DNA of 64,000 nucleotides from Hydrolagus affinis (lineage: Eukaryota): the NCBI GenBank assembly GCA_012026655.1, contig JAAILG010000206.1, forward strand, positions 62,001 to 126,000, written 5' to 3'. Below the pieces are notes generated by a model, which was not told where the DNA came from, made no database searches, and saw only the letters and a program-made list of their open reading frames with translations. This document shows positions 1 to 13,829 of this stretch, one piece after another. Made by a program: the position numbers and the translations under genes. The number at the start of each line of letters is the position of its first letter. Position 1 is the first letter of the stretch.

Positions 1-246
1 TAAATAGACCAAAAAATGTCAGATGACCGTTATGTACATAGTTTATATACTGAAGGGTATTGGACAGAAGTGATATGAAAATCCTATAACACTGGACATT
101 TATCAATTTTGGCTGGCAGCTTCATTTAGGAAAATAAAGTAAGCATTTTTTTAAAGTAGGAACTATTACAGTTTAAATAAAATGTTTGCCAGTAAGCCTG
201 TGTTGGAATAACTGACAGACAACTGATTAAAACACAAATCAATGTT

Positions 247-595
247 AACAACAACAAAATTACACTTGTATAGCATCTTTCATCTCAGGAGGACATCCTA
301 AGGAGCTGGATGCTTCAGATCCAAGGTGGGGTTGAGATTGGGGAGGGTGGGGGGAAAGGAGGGGATTTGGGGTTGACCGATGGGAGGCGGATCTTGAAGG
401 AGGCTAGGGAGGGGGTAAGGTGGAGGGACTGCGGGATGGAATTGCAGAGGATAGGGGCAGAGTGGCTGAAGGCTCACCTGGCGATGGTGGGGTGGGTGGG
501 TTGGGGGACATGGTGCAGGCTGGAGCCTGCTGAGTAGAGGGGGTGGGCAGCTTGGAGTTTGCAGAGGTAAAGTGGAGCGAGGCCATGGAGGGCAA
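247..595 (-). mobile_element. L2-clade LINE 3' fragment
   Basis: Reverse-complement relative of the 4855-5203 element: (AAC)n tail, ggacatcctaagg motif and GC-rich ORF2 C-terminal remnant. Confidence 0.75.
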
Positions 596-2249
596 ATCAA
601 GTCTTAAAGCACAATGCTTCATTCATTCTAATCATTCCCAAGATAATGCAACTACGATATTTCATTGTAGTGAGTGAATTTGTTCAGAGGTGTTGACTTT
701 TACGAAATGATTTATGTCAACAGGGACCGATTTCTGGCAATCCCATCTCCCAATGAGAAACACAGTGTATGTTTGTTAGAACAATGTCTTTGGGAGGCAT
801 TCAAGGAGATGATTGCAGGAGGGAGTTATATAAGGAGGAGTTTCTGAGGTTTGTTGACTTCAAGTTGCTGTGAGATTCCATTCTAGCTAGAGACAGTATT
901 TTATCCTCCACAAACCAGACCCAAGAGGTAAACAAAACACACATTAGCAAGCAGTAGTTTACAAAAATTTATGGCCTCATCTTCATAAACTCTCCACATC
1001 TGTGGAACTTTTGGGTTAATGAGTCTCTCGTAAACCACTAGTTCCTGATTTGTGTTCCCTGTTTGACTGCAGCAAGTGTAAACACATTCCAGTGGCTGAT
1101 AGCACTGTCTGACATTGCCCTCTCTCTCTCTTCTAAACAATCATTGTTTGTTCATTGTTTCCAGTCGGCAAAGTTATCTGATCTGCATTTCCCCAATTGC
1201 TTGCTCGTTACGATCTTGTATAAAAAAACTTAATTTTGGGTGGGAGAAGTGGAAATTTGATTAGAAACTGGAAAAACCGTAGATTTTTCCAAGCTCCTAC
1301 AATTTCATTTCCTTAATGTTACTGGCTCCAGGGCTCATTGCAACAAATGTGGCACAGAACATAATTAGTAGCAAAGCTGGAAAGAGCAGCACGACAGTAT
1401 CAACCTTTGCTAAGGCTTTGGGCTTACTGCTGAAAGAGCTGTAATTTGGCTACGAGCAGTAGAGTGAAAATAATGCTTGATCCTAAGCAGTTTCACTCAT
1501 CACTAAGACAGACTCTGCACATACACAATTAGGCACATGCACAGTCCTGCAAAGTGGTGTTATTTTTCATGTTATTGAAGAGCTATCAGGATTAAATGAC
1601 TGCAAAGAAATTACAACCATACTCAAAAAATTAAATGGTAGGTTGGAGGGACTATATGAATGGACTGAAGGCTCATTATTGTATCTACTGTTTTTATATT
1701 TTAATTAATTTTACTCAACTCCAAATAATTGTGTTTATTTCAACTTCTGAGAGCTAATACCTCGAGCAGGATTTTGGATCAGAAGACAATGTTTTTAAGT
1801 TTTCTGCTGTTTAGACATGGGGAGAACTGACATTTTGTCACAAATGCTCTCAATGGATTAAAGAATAATAATCATAGTGTATGAATCTCACATTTTGTGT
1901 CTAGTTATAAAAAGAGAATCCTTTTTATATTGCCAATTAAACAATATTTCCAAAGAAGTGTTCTACAAATTATAGAGATGTGAAACTCAAAGAGAACAAA
2001 CTATTGATGTACAGTCATTCTTAGCATGTTTATTTCTTCAAATTGTGGATGATCCATTTAACATTATTATTTTACTAGTTTTAACCATTGAGGACTTGCT
2101 CGTTTTATTGTGACCTCACTTCGCTTGCTGATACTAAAAGCAACCAAAATATCCAACTCCTATTTCTCTCTAAGTTATTCTTGTAATTAGATATCAGTTT
2201 CCATCCAAGAGAAGATAACAGGCTTTCCTGTCAAGGTTGAAGAATGACA

Positions 2250-2268
2250 TGCCAGCAGGAGGCGCTGT
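2250..2268 (+). promoter_or_regulatory. Candidate CTCF motif in intron 12
   Basis: tgCCAGCAGGAGGCGCtgt matches the core CCAGCAGRGGGCGC with one mismatch. Confidence 0.45.
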
Positions 2269-3402
2269 AACCAAAGCAGGAGGCATCGCTTGCCTTGCCC
2301 AGTACGTGGTTCCATGCCAAGTGTCTAGTTAGTATTGAGAAGCCTGAAAGTATTCAGGTTTTGTTTCTTGCTGATAGGTTTTGAAATGTTTTTGTTACAA
2401 TGCAACTTCAAACAGCAGTCTGCCCAATGTTTGATCTCATTTTGCATCAGTTGAATTTGTTTAGGATGTTGCAGTGAAAGTGCAGATGAGATCTTTGATT
2501 TCAAGGTGGGGGTGGAAACAGTAAAGTCTTACTGATCGACCTCCACCTGAATTTTCAGTCCTCTTATTTGGGTTACAAGAAATGATGGTGATAAATGTTT
2601 GCCGTGGGAAAAAAAATATACACTTTACTCCTGCACATACCACTCTTGACATTCACAGAGTAACCAAATAGAATCTACACTTAAAATTCCACCACCTGAC
2701 TAGTTCAGTGAAGAATGGTCTACCTTTTTGTTTATTGCAGATCAATAACATAACATCTTGTGTTCCCATCCAATATGAAGCCACATTGTAGTATTCACTT
2801 TAGCTCCAATTGCTTTGCCAAATCAAGCTCAACTCGAATGACTGATTGGATTAAAGCAAGACTCAACATAGTTTTAAGATTCACAATTAGTAAGGGCTCC
2901 TATATCACTTCTAAAAATGATCATGGAACTAAATCTGGTATCATCAACTTTACAAAGCAGGACAGACAAAAAAAATTATAGTGAACAATCTTTAAAATAA
3001 AAGGCATTCAAACATGCAACGTCAGTGCACAGAATGGCATTAATCAATACTGTTTTCCAGCATTGCAAATTGTTGTGTAATATTTTCTGGTAAATAGAAT
3101 GAGTTATGTTCTTATGGAAAAATAATAATTTTGGGTTCAGTGAAGTTTGGCACAACAAATAGTGGTATCACCCTCTTCCACAGTTTACCATCAGATCAGA
3201 GCTCTCATGGGTTCAGCGTGACCAACTCTCTGTGTACAAACCCCAATACAATTAACGTATTTCAATGTGTACAAAGTTTCCAGGATTCCAGCAAAACAAA
3301 ATTGTGTGTGCAGAGGTATTTTTTTTATCTTGGAATCAAAATGTAAAAATAAACCAGCAGTGTTAAGCTTGAATTATGTTATTTTACAGGAATAGAACTT
3401 AC

Positions 3403-3447
3403 CCGTCCGCCCCTTGGGCCTCTTTTTCCACGGGGACCAATAACACC
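3403..3447 (-). CDS. col24a1: col24a1 exon 12 (GVIGPRGKRGPRGGR)
   Basis: 45 nt, acceptor cttttctttgcag|, donor |gtaagt. Confidence 0.95.
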
Positions 3448-3699
3448 CTGCAAAGAAAAGGTCATTACACCACATAACATTCAACTGTCATGGTCTTTTC
3501 AAACAATTGAACAGTCTCCTACAGTCTGTCACCTGTAGTAGTCACTCGAGGAAATATTTGAGAGGGTTGTTTTTTTAAGAAAAACCAAAATGGGTAATTT
3601 AAATAATGCCATTATTTTGCAGGTTTGTTCATCGTTGGTTTTTGGATGGAGCGAATAAAATGTTCACAGCATTTGAGAGGCCATTATATTTGGAACTGG

Positions 3700-3812
3700 T
3701 CATATCATAGGCTGCAACATACATAGCCATTACATTTTACAATAAATCCTGTGAAGCGCTTCGAGACATCCAACTGACATGAAAGTCTATATATAATGCA
3801 ATGATCATTATT
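3700..3812 (+). mobile_element. SINE 3' tail fragment
   Basis: ctgtgaagcgcttcgagacatcc...tatataatgcaatgatcattatt, shared with the other SINE copies. Confidence 0.6.
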
Positions 3813-3848
3813 GTAGAACGTGGCAGCGCATTTATGGAACAAACTTAC

Positions 3849-3902
3849 TCGTTTGCCTTCAGGTCCAGGTGGTCCCACTATCCCTGGAGGACCGATAAAA
3901 CC
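3849..3902 (-). CDS. col24a1: col24a1 exon 11 (GFIGPPGIVGPPGPEGKR)
   Basis: 54 nt, acceptor tctgtctctag|, donor |gtaagt. Confidence 0.95.
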
Positions 3903-3989
3903 CTAGAGACAGAATTTGGATGAAAATCAAATTGGAACTCAATGGAGTACAAAATCGTTAACATTAATCAGGCATTCTTCAGATGATGC

Positions 3990-4232
3990 GTTACACCGAG
4001 GCTCAGATCCCATGGCTCTATTCGAAAAGAGAAGGGAGTTTCTCTCTCCCGGTATCCTGGCCAACAATTCCCCAAGTAAAAACAATTCATTTCATGGCTG
4101 TTTGTGGGACATTGCTGTGTTTTACCCATAGAATATGTAGTCAATCCACTTTACAGTATACCCTGTGATATCGTTTGAGATGTCTCAACAATGTAAAAAG
4201 GCTTATATATCAAATGCAAAGGCTATTATTAT
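3990..4232 (+). mobile_element. Deu-domain SINE, 5'-truncated, with L2-type tail
   Basis: gatcccatggc...gggagtt...cctggccaacaattcccc...gctgtttgtgggacattgctgtg, a Deu-domain-like sequence, followed by the tail atcaaatgcaaagg(tta)n. Confidence 0.7.
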
Positions 4233-4854
4233 ATTTCTACATAAGCATGATTGACCGCGAGACAATAATACCATACAACTATTGTGCAGCTTATGATAAT
4301 TCACTTTTTTTTTTACAAATTAAGTGCCACACAGTTTAAGCCTGCAAGGCCACTGTTTCTTAGAATTTCAACTCATGCAAAATTGTGGAAAAATTCCAAA
4401 ATCCAGTCTTCATCTGGAAGATGTTTCTTTTTAAGAATTGCGGAAGACTAGCTCTCAAATTACGACTTATTCAAAGAATTTTCCACAACTGTACACAGTT
4501 TTAAATCTTAAGACAAAGGGATCTGATTTTCAAAAACATGGGAGTGTGTCTGCTTCCAGTTTTATATGAGGAACTCTAATCAAAAGTTTAAAAATGTTGA
4601 CACTTTACTCTGCATAGTGAATAGAGAAGAGACTGGCGAGCCTGTTCAAGGTCTAGACTTGAAAGGCGCGACACAAATGGGATTTGTTGTTGTTGCTGTA
4701 GACAATGCAGTGAAGCAGCTACAAAACAAGTGTAGAACTTGGATACATTAGCCAGAACAGTGGAATATAATCGTACTAGACATTGTATTGCTCTCATGAC
4801 ACCATGCTGAGAATCTGAGTGTGTTTGGATCAAAGAATGCTGGGCAAGAAAAGC

Positions 4855-5203
4855 TGTCCCCCTATGAACCTGTCCGCCCCCTCCATTCAGCAGACTCCAG
4901 CCTGCTCCACGTCTCCCGCTCGACCCGCCCTTCCATCGGTGGCCGGGCTTTCAGCCTCTCTGCCCCCACACTCTGGACATCCCACAGTCCCTTTGCCTCG
5001 CTTCCTCCCTTGCCTCCTTCAAGGCCAGTTTCAAGACTGTCCTCTTCGATCGTGTCTTCTGCTGCCCTCCCAACTCTCTCCCTCCCCTCCTCCCTACTCT
5101 GCCCCTCCGCCCTGATTGGGTCCCGACCTGACCATTCAGCACCTTAGGATGTCCTCCCGATGTGAAAGGCGCTCTATAAATGTAATTTTGTTGTTGTTGT
5201 TAT
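4855..5203 (+). mobile_element. L2-clade LINE 3' end
   Basis: Translates YEPVRPLHSADSSLLHVSRSTRPSIGGRAFSLSAPTLW, the typical L2 ORF2 C-terminal GxRAFSxxAPxLW motif. Ends gtgaaaggcgctctataaatg(ttg)n. Confidence 0.85.
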
Positions 5204-6044
5204 TAAATGCATATACATTGATATAGCTACAGAGAATAACTGATCAGGGCAAATACAATACAAGACTTGCAAAGCTATTATTTTGCTGCCTTTGATTTGA
5301 TCAAGCAATATTATACAAGAGAAACATGCAGCACAGAACAAAGCAAGAGTTGAATTGGGAACAGAAGCATCCTGCTTTGAACCTTTTATGATAACATATG
5401 ACAGTTTAAAAAAAAAGTTTCAAACTATTATTCACTGATAAGATGAAACATTTCGATTAAAATAAGAGCAAATAAGAAACAGGTGCAAATGACATACCGT
5501 GAGTCAAGTCATTTAAAATGGAACCTGAAAACTATCTTCTACTGTAAAGATATTGCAATCTGAGGAAACCCTTTCTTCTTTGTGAAACCTGTCTCTTCCT
5601 ATCACTCATGAACTCACAGCAAAATATTGGCGGTTCAAAACCCAGAGGATGATTTAGGTTGACACAGTAATAAATGGCGAAAACTTAACAGGAAGACAAC
5701 AGAAAAGGATTCCATGGGAACTCACTCAGCAAAGCTGTTTACTAAACATCCACTTTAACAGAACTGAGGTAGTATAATTTTCATCAAAACAGGCATGGGA
5801 AAACCTGTGTTACCTAAACACAAAAAACGTGACATAATGATAGTAAATCATGTTACGATGCAATGTGGCCCCTAATCTCACTGTCCCTGTTCCGATTGTT
5901 CTCCTTCCTTAAATAAAGTAAGGTTTACAAACCATTGCCTAAGGGCAACAATTTCCTGTAATGTAATAGTTTATTGGGAAGGGCGTAAAAGAATAAAGCA
6001 GGATAAAATAAACGGATGTCTTTCCCACCCCCACTTGGCCCAAA

Positions 6045-6154
6045 CTCCTCCTGACTCCAAACTCCAGCTCAGGTGAAAACTGTGACAGTGACTGTCCAGC
6101 TCCTTGGGATGTCCTTCCTTCCCATGAAAGGCACTAAATAAATGCAATTTGTTG
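6045..6154 (+). mobile_element. L2 3'UTR fragment
   Basis: cagctccttgggatgtcc...atgaaaggcactaaataaatgcaatttgttg, matching the L2 tail at 5140-5203. Confidence 0.65.
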
Positions 6155-7014
6155 TATCTAAATTACACACAGGACATGTGCTTTGTCACACAAACACACA
6201 CTCTGGGTAAGTACGAAGATTTGTAACACTATCAATCATTATTTATTCTCCATACTAGTTATTGCTGTTAAGAAAGCTTAGCTTTTTGGTACTGGATGAG
6301 GGGTGCAATCATGTGATTAAAATATTTGTCTGAATTGGAATTAACTAGACCTTTTTCTCAGCCCAATTAGGCAGTTTGAGCTCTAGTAACAGAGGCTTTA
6401 GTGAGTTAATCGCCGTTTATGCTGCTGGTTGAAATTCTGTCGAATTCTCTACATTTTTGTAAGTATCATTCCAACAGTCAATAACATAAACAGTACGGCA
6501 ATGAAAATCTCATATTTATATTTTAATATTCACTCAGATAAAAAAAGTACATTAGCCTGATAAATGCCCATGTGTTTCATGTAATGTAATCCAATACAGT
6601 CCTGTATTAAGGCTGGGTTTCAGATCCATCAGTGTAATAGCAAAGTGCAATTGTGCACGCTCCATCTGAGACGCTCATTATACACACGACAGCTTGCTGT
6701 TCGCGCCAAAATAAACCATTTCTAGGTCCCATCAAGTCACTTTTTTTGCATGGACAAAGAGGGGCATGATGTTCCTGCTTGAACCTGGACATCATTAGCG
6801 TCCTATAGATGTATCAATGCATCGAAGCAAGACTTTCCATTAATTGTGCCCTAATAAACTGAGAGTCATCTTTTATCACCAGTAAAGCCAGCCGGCGGCC
6901 AGGAGGTTTGCAGGATAGCTACACTCAGGTCCAAAATGCAATTGAATAGTAAGCAAATTTGTTTTGATGTGTTATATCAGGGTTTGAGGAATTGCACCAG
7001 ATCCTTATGCCCAT

Positions 7015-7067
7015 CTGGATCCTTTCGCTTGCGAGATGAGTGCTCTAACCAACACCCTCCAGGACTT
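7015..7067 (-). mobile_element. Isolated tRNA-derived SINE head fragment
   Basis: cttgcgagatgagtgctctaacc...caggact matches the SINE heads at 43601-43637 and 51095-51141. Confidence 0.55.
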
Positions 7068-8951
7068 TGAAGTGAGGGGCTCTTTCAGAAAGCTTTAGAA
7101 ATTTACTTCAATTTGAATGGTTTGGAAAGATAGTTCTATGTCACAACAATAGTGTTATAAATTTCAATGGCATTTTTCCACAAAGCTGTCTGATCTCCTT
7201 TCCCTGTGATCGCAGATTTGCAGGCAAGTGACTTAGGAATTTAGCTTCTTGTAAAGCAACCACCAGGGGGATAACAAGGCACTTCTGGAATTAACAATCC
7301 GTGCCCACATGCTTCATGTACTGAAATCACATACACTATGCAGAGACTTATTGAGATCTTGTGCTGAGATCCTACCTGCATCACAACAAGATGTTGAAAT
7401 TAAATCTCATTCATCGATATTTATCTCATCTCTCCTACTCTGCTAATCTTGTTAAGAGTTCTGCGCTGTGAGCATCTGCTCCTTCACAGAGATATCTTAA
7501 TCTAAAAAAAATACAGCCGTTATCAGAAAATTGCAAATATATATTTTTAAATAGCTCAGGAAGAATATTCCAGTTTGTATGAAGAGTTGAAACACAATAT
7601 TAAAATAAGTGTTCTGAAAATATATTAATGTTGTTTCCAAACTGAGAATTGCAATATATTTTGGGTGAAGGCACAAATGTTTCAGCTGCCAGATTAACTC
7701 AGTGAGAAGCAAACCAGATCTATACGTTTGCTAATCACAAGTCAGTCTGTGGGTTCAGCTCCTACTGCAGACTTGACTTGTTTTGACAACAATAATTAGA
7801 TAGAGGAAAAGGTTTGACCGTCCAGCTGGCCAGATGCTCTCCGAGGTGTTGCTGGAGGGTCTAAACCCTCTGATGAACTGAAGTGGAAATTGAAGTTGTA
7901 ATTATTCACCCGACAGAACTGGAGTATTGACCACAGGATACTAAAATTCCAAGGTGTTCACGTATCTACTACAAGTGGCAACAACCACCTATTACAGTTC
8001 AGCCAAAATACATCTAATGGTCTGCTTACCGCAATGACATTCATTCATTGTCTATAAATTAAAATACCCTGCGTAAAATGGACAGGTCTAAATCATCTGT
8101 ACAGTAACAATATGAATGGATTATTTTGCTGTAATTGTAAATGCTGTGTTCAAATGTATGATCCCAATACTATAATAGGACTTTGAATGCAGTTTAATAG
8201 GCCATTTAAATAATGTAAAAATGATTGAACATTAAGCAATCCACAAGGTAATCAAAACAAAACTCAGCTAAGTTGTACTTATTCACTATAGACCTATTAT
8301 TTTAAGAGCAAAGAATACTGATATTTTTGGCAACCAACTTAGCTATGTGCTCTTAATCAGAAAATATCAATTGCCCTCTGGAAATAAGACAAACAGTTAT
8401 TCTGCTTTTAATGTGAAAATGAAGGTTTGCATCCAACTATAGTGTCAGTATTAATTAATTAAGAATGTCTGAAACCAGTGCATTTGGAAGCACCAGAGTT
8501 GTATCCTTGCTGTTGTGCTTCATTGAGTAGAAATTAATTTGATGCCCACATTAAAAAAGAGTAACATTAACAGTTCTTATGTCAACTCTTGGTACGATAG
8601 ACAGAGGAAATTCATGCTGCAGTAAGATTAGCAAGAAGCAACATTATGCTAAAAATATCAAAGCTGGAGTCATTAGAACATCTGAAGCCCAGACTAAATT
8701 ACTGGTTGTTCTTCACTCCTACTTCAGGAGAAAAATAAAATTCTATTTTCAGAATCTGTTGAAACATTAGAGATGTTAAAAAAAGACCCGCAGAGCATTG
8801 ATACCCATCTTACATTTTAGTGCTTTGGAACATTCAACAAGATCATAGACTGGATGGGCTGTCTGTTGTTCAAAGATGTTGTTTTACAACAAAGTGCCTG
8901 TTATGAGGAGTGTTCACTCAGCAAACACATAATATTGCATCACGTAATTTC

Positions 8952-9337
8952 CTGGGTTTACAGGATTTAGTGGGTTATTGGGTAAATGAATTTCACTGAA
9001 TTTCAGATTTCACTGAACTAGCAAGACCTCTAGTTATTAATTTAACTATAAATACCGAAAAATTCATGCCCAAATCTAAAATTGTTCTTGTAAAATATTG
9101 TTGTTTTTCACTTAATGCTAATGAAATTCACTGACGCTAGTGAATATTCTGTTTTGGATTTGTCAGCAAACAGTACATGTTGACACCCAATATGTTGCTA
9201 TCAATTACAAGTGATCGTTTTTGCTGTTCACATGATGAAAATCTCCTCTAGAAAATCTCTTGACTTTCAAAAAGCTGGATTAGCCACCTTCGTACCCAAA
9301 TTGCTAAAAAAAAAATCTTGCTAAATTCCTGTACCTA
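8952..9337. mobile_element. Candidate degenerate MITE
   Basis: Imperfect terminal inverted repeats (gggtttacagga-tttag and reverse complement taggtacaggaatttag) with internal repeated tttcactga motifs; no clear TSD. Confidence 0.35.
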
Positions 9338-10389
9338 TTTTGTTCATTGAAAGATGACAAGATCAGTTTGGATCAAGAAAACCCTTCAGTCTTTCATCTT
9401 TCCAGAACACCCACCCTCCCATCACGCCCATTGCAGCATCAAGCTTTTTATTAAAATAAGTCCAATTTTGTGGGTTCAGCATTCCTCCCTGGCAACCTGT
9501 TCCAGTCACAAATTATCCTGTAAAGCCACCAGCAGAAACTTTACACAGCACTAAACAACAGGAGCTGGGACAATTTTCCTCCCTAAACCGAGATTCTTAT
9601 CCTCCTTGCATACAATCCACTTCTATCGAGGCTTAGAACAGCTAACTTAGCAAAAATCAGGGAACAAACCTTTTTGCACTAGGTAGCTCAGCTACTCTTG
9701 AATAAACTCACAAAGTCATTGGTAAAGACTGTCTATTTTTTTGTGCTTTATTCAGACCTTCGCCTGCCTTCTTTGAAGATACATTATTGCATCTCCGATG
9801 CACCGGAAGAAAAACTACCGTGACAATTACAATCATCATTAGAGCGTGGCTAAAGGCTGGTGCGAAAAATGTTGTAGCGTTGTCCTCAATGGGCTGGCAG
9901 GTTAAAGAAAAACAAATGCTTGAATGTTTGCTATGAATTCACAGAGTTAGTGCTCTAGTCACATGAAAGGCATAAGCATTGGCTGCTGGGGTTCGCATTA
10001 TTCCCATTGTGCGAATGGAAGCAATAAACCCAGGTCTGTGGCTTTTAACCTGTGATATGTTTGGACAGAACCCTCTTGAAAAAGATTAAGGCAGAACACG
10101 GAGGCACACAGATGTTGACAGCACCTTATACTCAACACATCCTCCAGCACAAATTATCCAACTGTTTATTCCTGTCCCAGATTTAAGCCCCCCAAAAAAC
10201 GAATTGAGGATGCATACGTACGTGGATAATGCGCTGCAATGCATGAAAGCAATGATACAGATGAACTGACAACTGAAGGTATAGAGCATCACTCTAAAAC
10301 CAGGCAGTGACACAGAATGAATTGACTTTATACATTGCTGCTCTTACTAGCCTTATAATTATTTGAAACATCCTTAAAATCTTACTCAC

Positions 10390-10434
10390 CCGTATACCTT
10401 TGGGACCTGGGTTACCTTCTGGTCCAGCTAAACC
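10390..10434 (-). CDS. col24a1: col24a1 exon 10 (GLAGPEGNPGPKGIR)
   Basis: 45 nt, acceptor ctttttgcag|, donor |gtgagt. Confidence 0.95.
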
Positions 10435-11554
10435 CTGCAAAAAGCATAAAACATGTTAGTAGGCAACATTAAAAAAGTGGAAGAATTCATGATCTTATTA
10501 ATTCTGAATTTTATCCCATACAAAATAAACTTGATACTTAGTAGGCATTCATAATTTTGTAGTTGAATGATAAATTATGAAACTATGAATGAGATATATT
10601 CATACCAAATGCACTATTTTATTCATCACCATAGCAGCTGCCAAGTTTTAAATACAATTTAATCTTTCATGATTCATCTCAGCATTGGTCTTGCTCTTAA
10701 CAAAATAAAGGTTGGAAAAAAACTTTGGGGTTTCATTTGCAGAATCACTGATGGAATGCCAGTAGTGAAGCATGCATCTGTAACTATTTGAGAAACTCGA
10801 GCAATGTAAACTCTCAGGAACGTTCACTCATCTTTTACAACAGGAATTCAAACATGCTGCTCTGTTTAGACCAGTCACTTTTGCCAAGGTCCTCAATTGG
10901 TTTGTAGGGACAGTGATCTCTAAACTGGGTTGTGAATATAGTTTGGCCTGAGATTAGGTGAGTACCATAGAGAGGAAGGCTTTCTCTCCCACTCGCTCTC
11001 TCTTTCTCTCTCTCTCTCAGCAGCCTTTATGATTGATTTCCATGGATTTGGCCCACGTTGTAATCTCAGAACATGTTTCACATGACTCTACCGCCCATTC
11101 AACGTTACGTCAATAAACTATACAACAGAGCAGGTGGATTGATGTTCCACGTGGTGAGGGGTGGCAGAAAGCTGGCTGATAGCTGACTCTCTGTACAGCA
11201 TCCCTGATAGGAAATAGGTTCATTTGGAAAGCGCACAAGACAAGCTCTTAATATCAATTGCAGTGGAAAGTGGAGACAGCAAGACAAGGAGAAACAGTTG
11301 GCCACTGGGTAACCCTCTTTTTACACACCCACCCATGGATTATAATTTGTGAATCCTACATATAATGATAATGGGACACAAGAGTAATGATCGGTGGACT
11401 TGATTATTTGAAAACATGTCCAACATGTCATGGATACCAAATGTTATTTCAAACACATGTCAAGCGATAATGTTAATATAGCAAATATTTGAAAACTGTA
11501 CAAACAGTGTCAAATACAGAACCCCCTCAAAAATCCAAAGTGTAGTTACTGCAC

Positions 11555-11608
11555 CTGCCTGCCAGGGTAACCAGCTTTGCCAGGTCTGCCAATGGGCCCT
11601 GGAATTCC
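11555..11608 (-). CDS. col24a1: col24a1 exon 9 (GIPGPIGRPGKAGYPGRQ)
   Basis: 54 nt, acceptor tttcttctgcag|, donor CAG|gtgcag. Confidence 0.93.
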
Positions 11609-12595
11609 CTGCAGAAGAAAGAGTTAGATGTGAACATTAGTGTTAAATATTAATGGTGAAAAATGTTAAATCTTGCCTAAATTATTTCATTTAAAACTAC
11701 AATCCTATTACAATAAGGGATCTGCTCCTTTTATTGTGGTTTTTTTGATTGAGGTTTCAATTCCTGTACAGAGGTCAATTAAACTTCCAACAAGTTATTC
11801 CGAGTTAAGGTTTGTTGAAATCAGATATTATCATAAAAAGATGTCACACAAAATACAAAAGTACAAATGTCACATAAGCAGGTTCTTTTAGCCTTTGGGT
11901 GAAACCTGTAGTGCTTTTTTGTAGGTCTGATTGCTCACACTTAACAGCATGGTGGCCCGCTTCTAATTCTAATCACTGTTACCTGTCGCAAGAAATGCTC
12001 AAGATTTGCTTCTGTTTCTCCAACATTTCAACTCTTATCAATTACAGCAGACTGAGTATTTAGAGGATTAAGCGGATCAAGGGACATTAAGCATTTGTGG
12101 CAAATTTTCAAGGCTGATTCCAGCTCTGTGCCTTTGATGTTGATCTGAATCTCCAAATGGAAATAGTGACCATGCTTCATCCAAAACCCAAAGAATGGGG
12201 CAGAAACCGTAATTAGAAGATTAGGCAAAGACATTTTTTTTTAGCAACTGCCTCTTACTTGTATTTTATTACAGGCCTCAATTGATTAATATAAATCCAC
12301 GATGAAATAGTTAATTTTCAGTACATTCCCAAGGCCTATCACACTGTTTGCTGGCAACAGGAAATGTTGAAACTCTTTATAAACAAGTGATGAAGAGACC
12401 ACAATTTCTCACAAGTCAGCAACATGAAAGACCTCCTCGTCAACACACAACTTTCCGTTCATTCAGTTCATAACGGTTGTTGTGCTATTTTTGTGAAACT
12501 TACCTATATGCTATGTGCAACACTTTCTCAAATATCATGTCAATTACAATGCAAACATTGGCAAATGGCAGAGAAAAGGAATTCAAAGCACATAC

Positions 12596-12640
12596 CTGCT
12601 CCCCCAGAGGGCCTGGTGGTCCATGATATCCTTTGGGACC
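12596..12640 (-). CDS. col24a1: col24a1 exon 8 (GPKGYHGPPGPLGEQ)
   Basis: 45 nt, acceptor tctgtttcag|, donor CAG|gtatgt. Confidence 0.95.
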
Positions 12641-13829
12641 CTGAAACAGAAATAGTCAATGGGTGCTCATTTTAGACAACTTCTGAGTACAGTACTTAGC
12701 GGCTAACCAGTAGTTATGGTGCTGATATTTTAAATGAATCAGACAAACTTGTTTGCTATAAACGTAATTGGAAGCAAAGAGTTTTTGAAGATGACAATTA
12801 ACTTAGCTCCTCTTTCTGCAATACATGTTGAGTGTAAATTAAATTATTTTGTGAAATATAAATGTGCTTCACTGAAAGGAGCATCGTCTTGAAAATGACA
12901 CAGGTTTGACAAATGCTTTAATGTGATCAAGTAAATTGTGTAGAAACATGCCACTGCACGATGAAAACATCATTCCATTGCTCCTGGGTTATGCAGTTAC
13001 TGAAAATGACACAGGCCTCCTGGTCTGTTCAACTGCCTTGCCATCGAACAAGACAGCCCTTCTGCCATGAATCATTTATTGTTCAGCATGTTGATGATAG
13101 TACTGGAAAGAGAGAGCTTCAGCAACCAAGAACATGAAGGCAAAGTGCCCAGAGCAACCTGCTGTTCACAATTATTCTTTCAAAAGGTTGGAGCCAGTCC
13201 AACCAATTTACTCATTCCCAATTCATATGCTAGCAGCCGCTGTCTAAGAAACATAATTGAGCCAAATGTAATTATGAGATGAGTACTACACCAAAATGTC
13301 CAGCTACTTCTTTCTGCGTAGAAGCAAGCCACATTTTGAAGAACAATGGAAATACCTTTTTTGATTTCAGGAAGATTTATGTGAGTGTCTTGCATTGTTA
13401 CAGTCGAGCAAGATTAGAAGTTCCATTCAATATAAATCTTCCAATTTGTTTTTTTTATTTGGAGGGGGTTATTTTTGGTAAATTTTCAACCTTCTCTCTA
13501 ATTTATTCCCTTGACCTGACACCTGTGCAGCGGTGGATGAGTGAGCAGGGATTGGTAGTGGGCAGGTAGCCTTGCAAAGGTTTGGGGGCCTCAGACATTT
13601 TACCACACAGTGATACTAAATCTTGACTGTTGTGCATGGCATATATACCTCTGACTGTCTCGGAGCCCTGAGCCAAGGGTTGCCATGGGTTACTTGTTCC
13701 TAACTCCACTCCTGGTGGCAGATGATCCTTTTCTAATGCTGGAGATTCTAATGTCACAACCATATAACAACACTTTATTTGGTTGCAATCAAAATTGTGC
13801 AGGAATATTTAGTTGATTTGGATAATGAT

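Noticed and set aside
298-600. Pro-rich or Gly-rich ORFs (also 4819-5147) as collagen exons or genes
   Set aside because: They have no Gly-X-Y periodicity and derive from GC-rich L2 3' ends.
1-3402. col24a1 exon 13
   Set aside because: I found no Gly-X-Y exon with splice sites here; it presumably lies outside the window.
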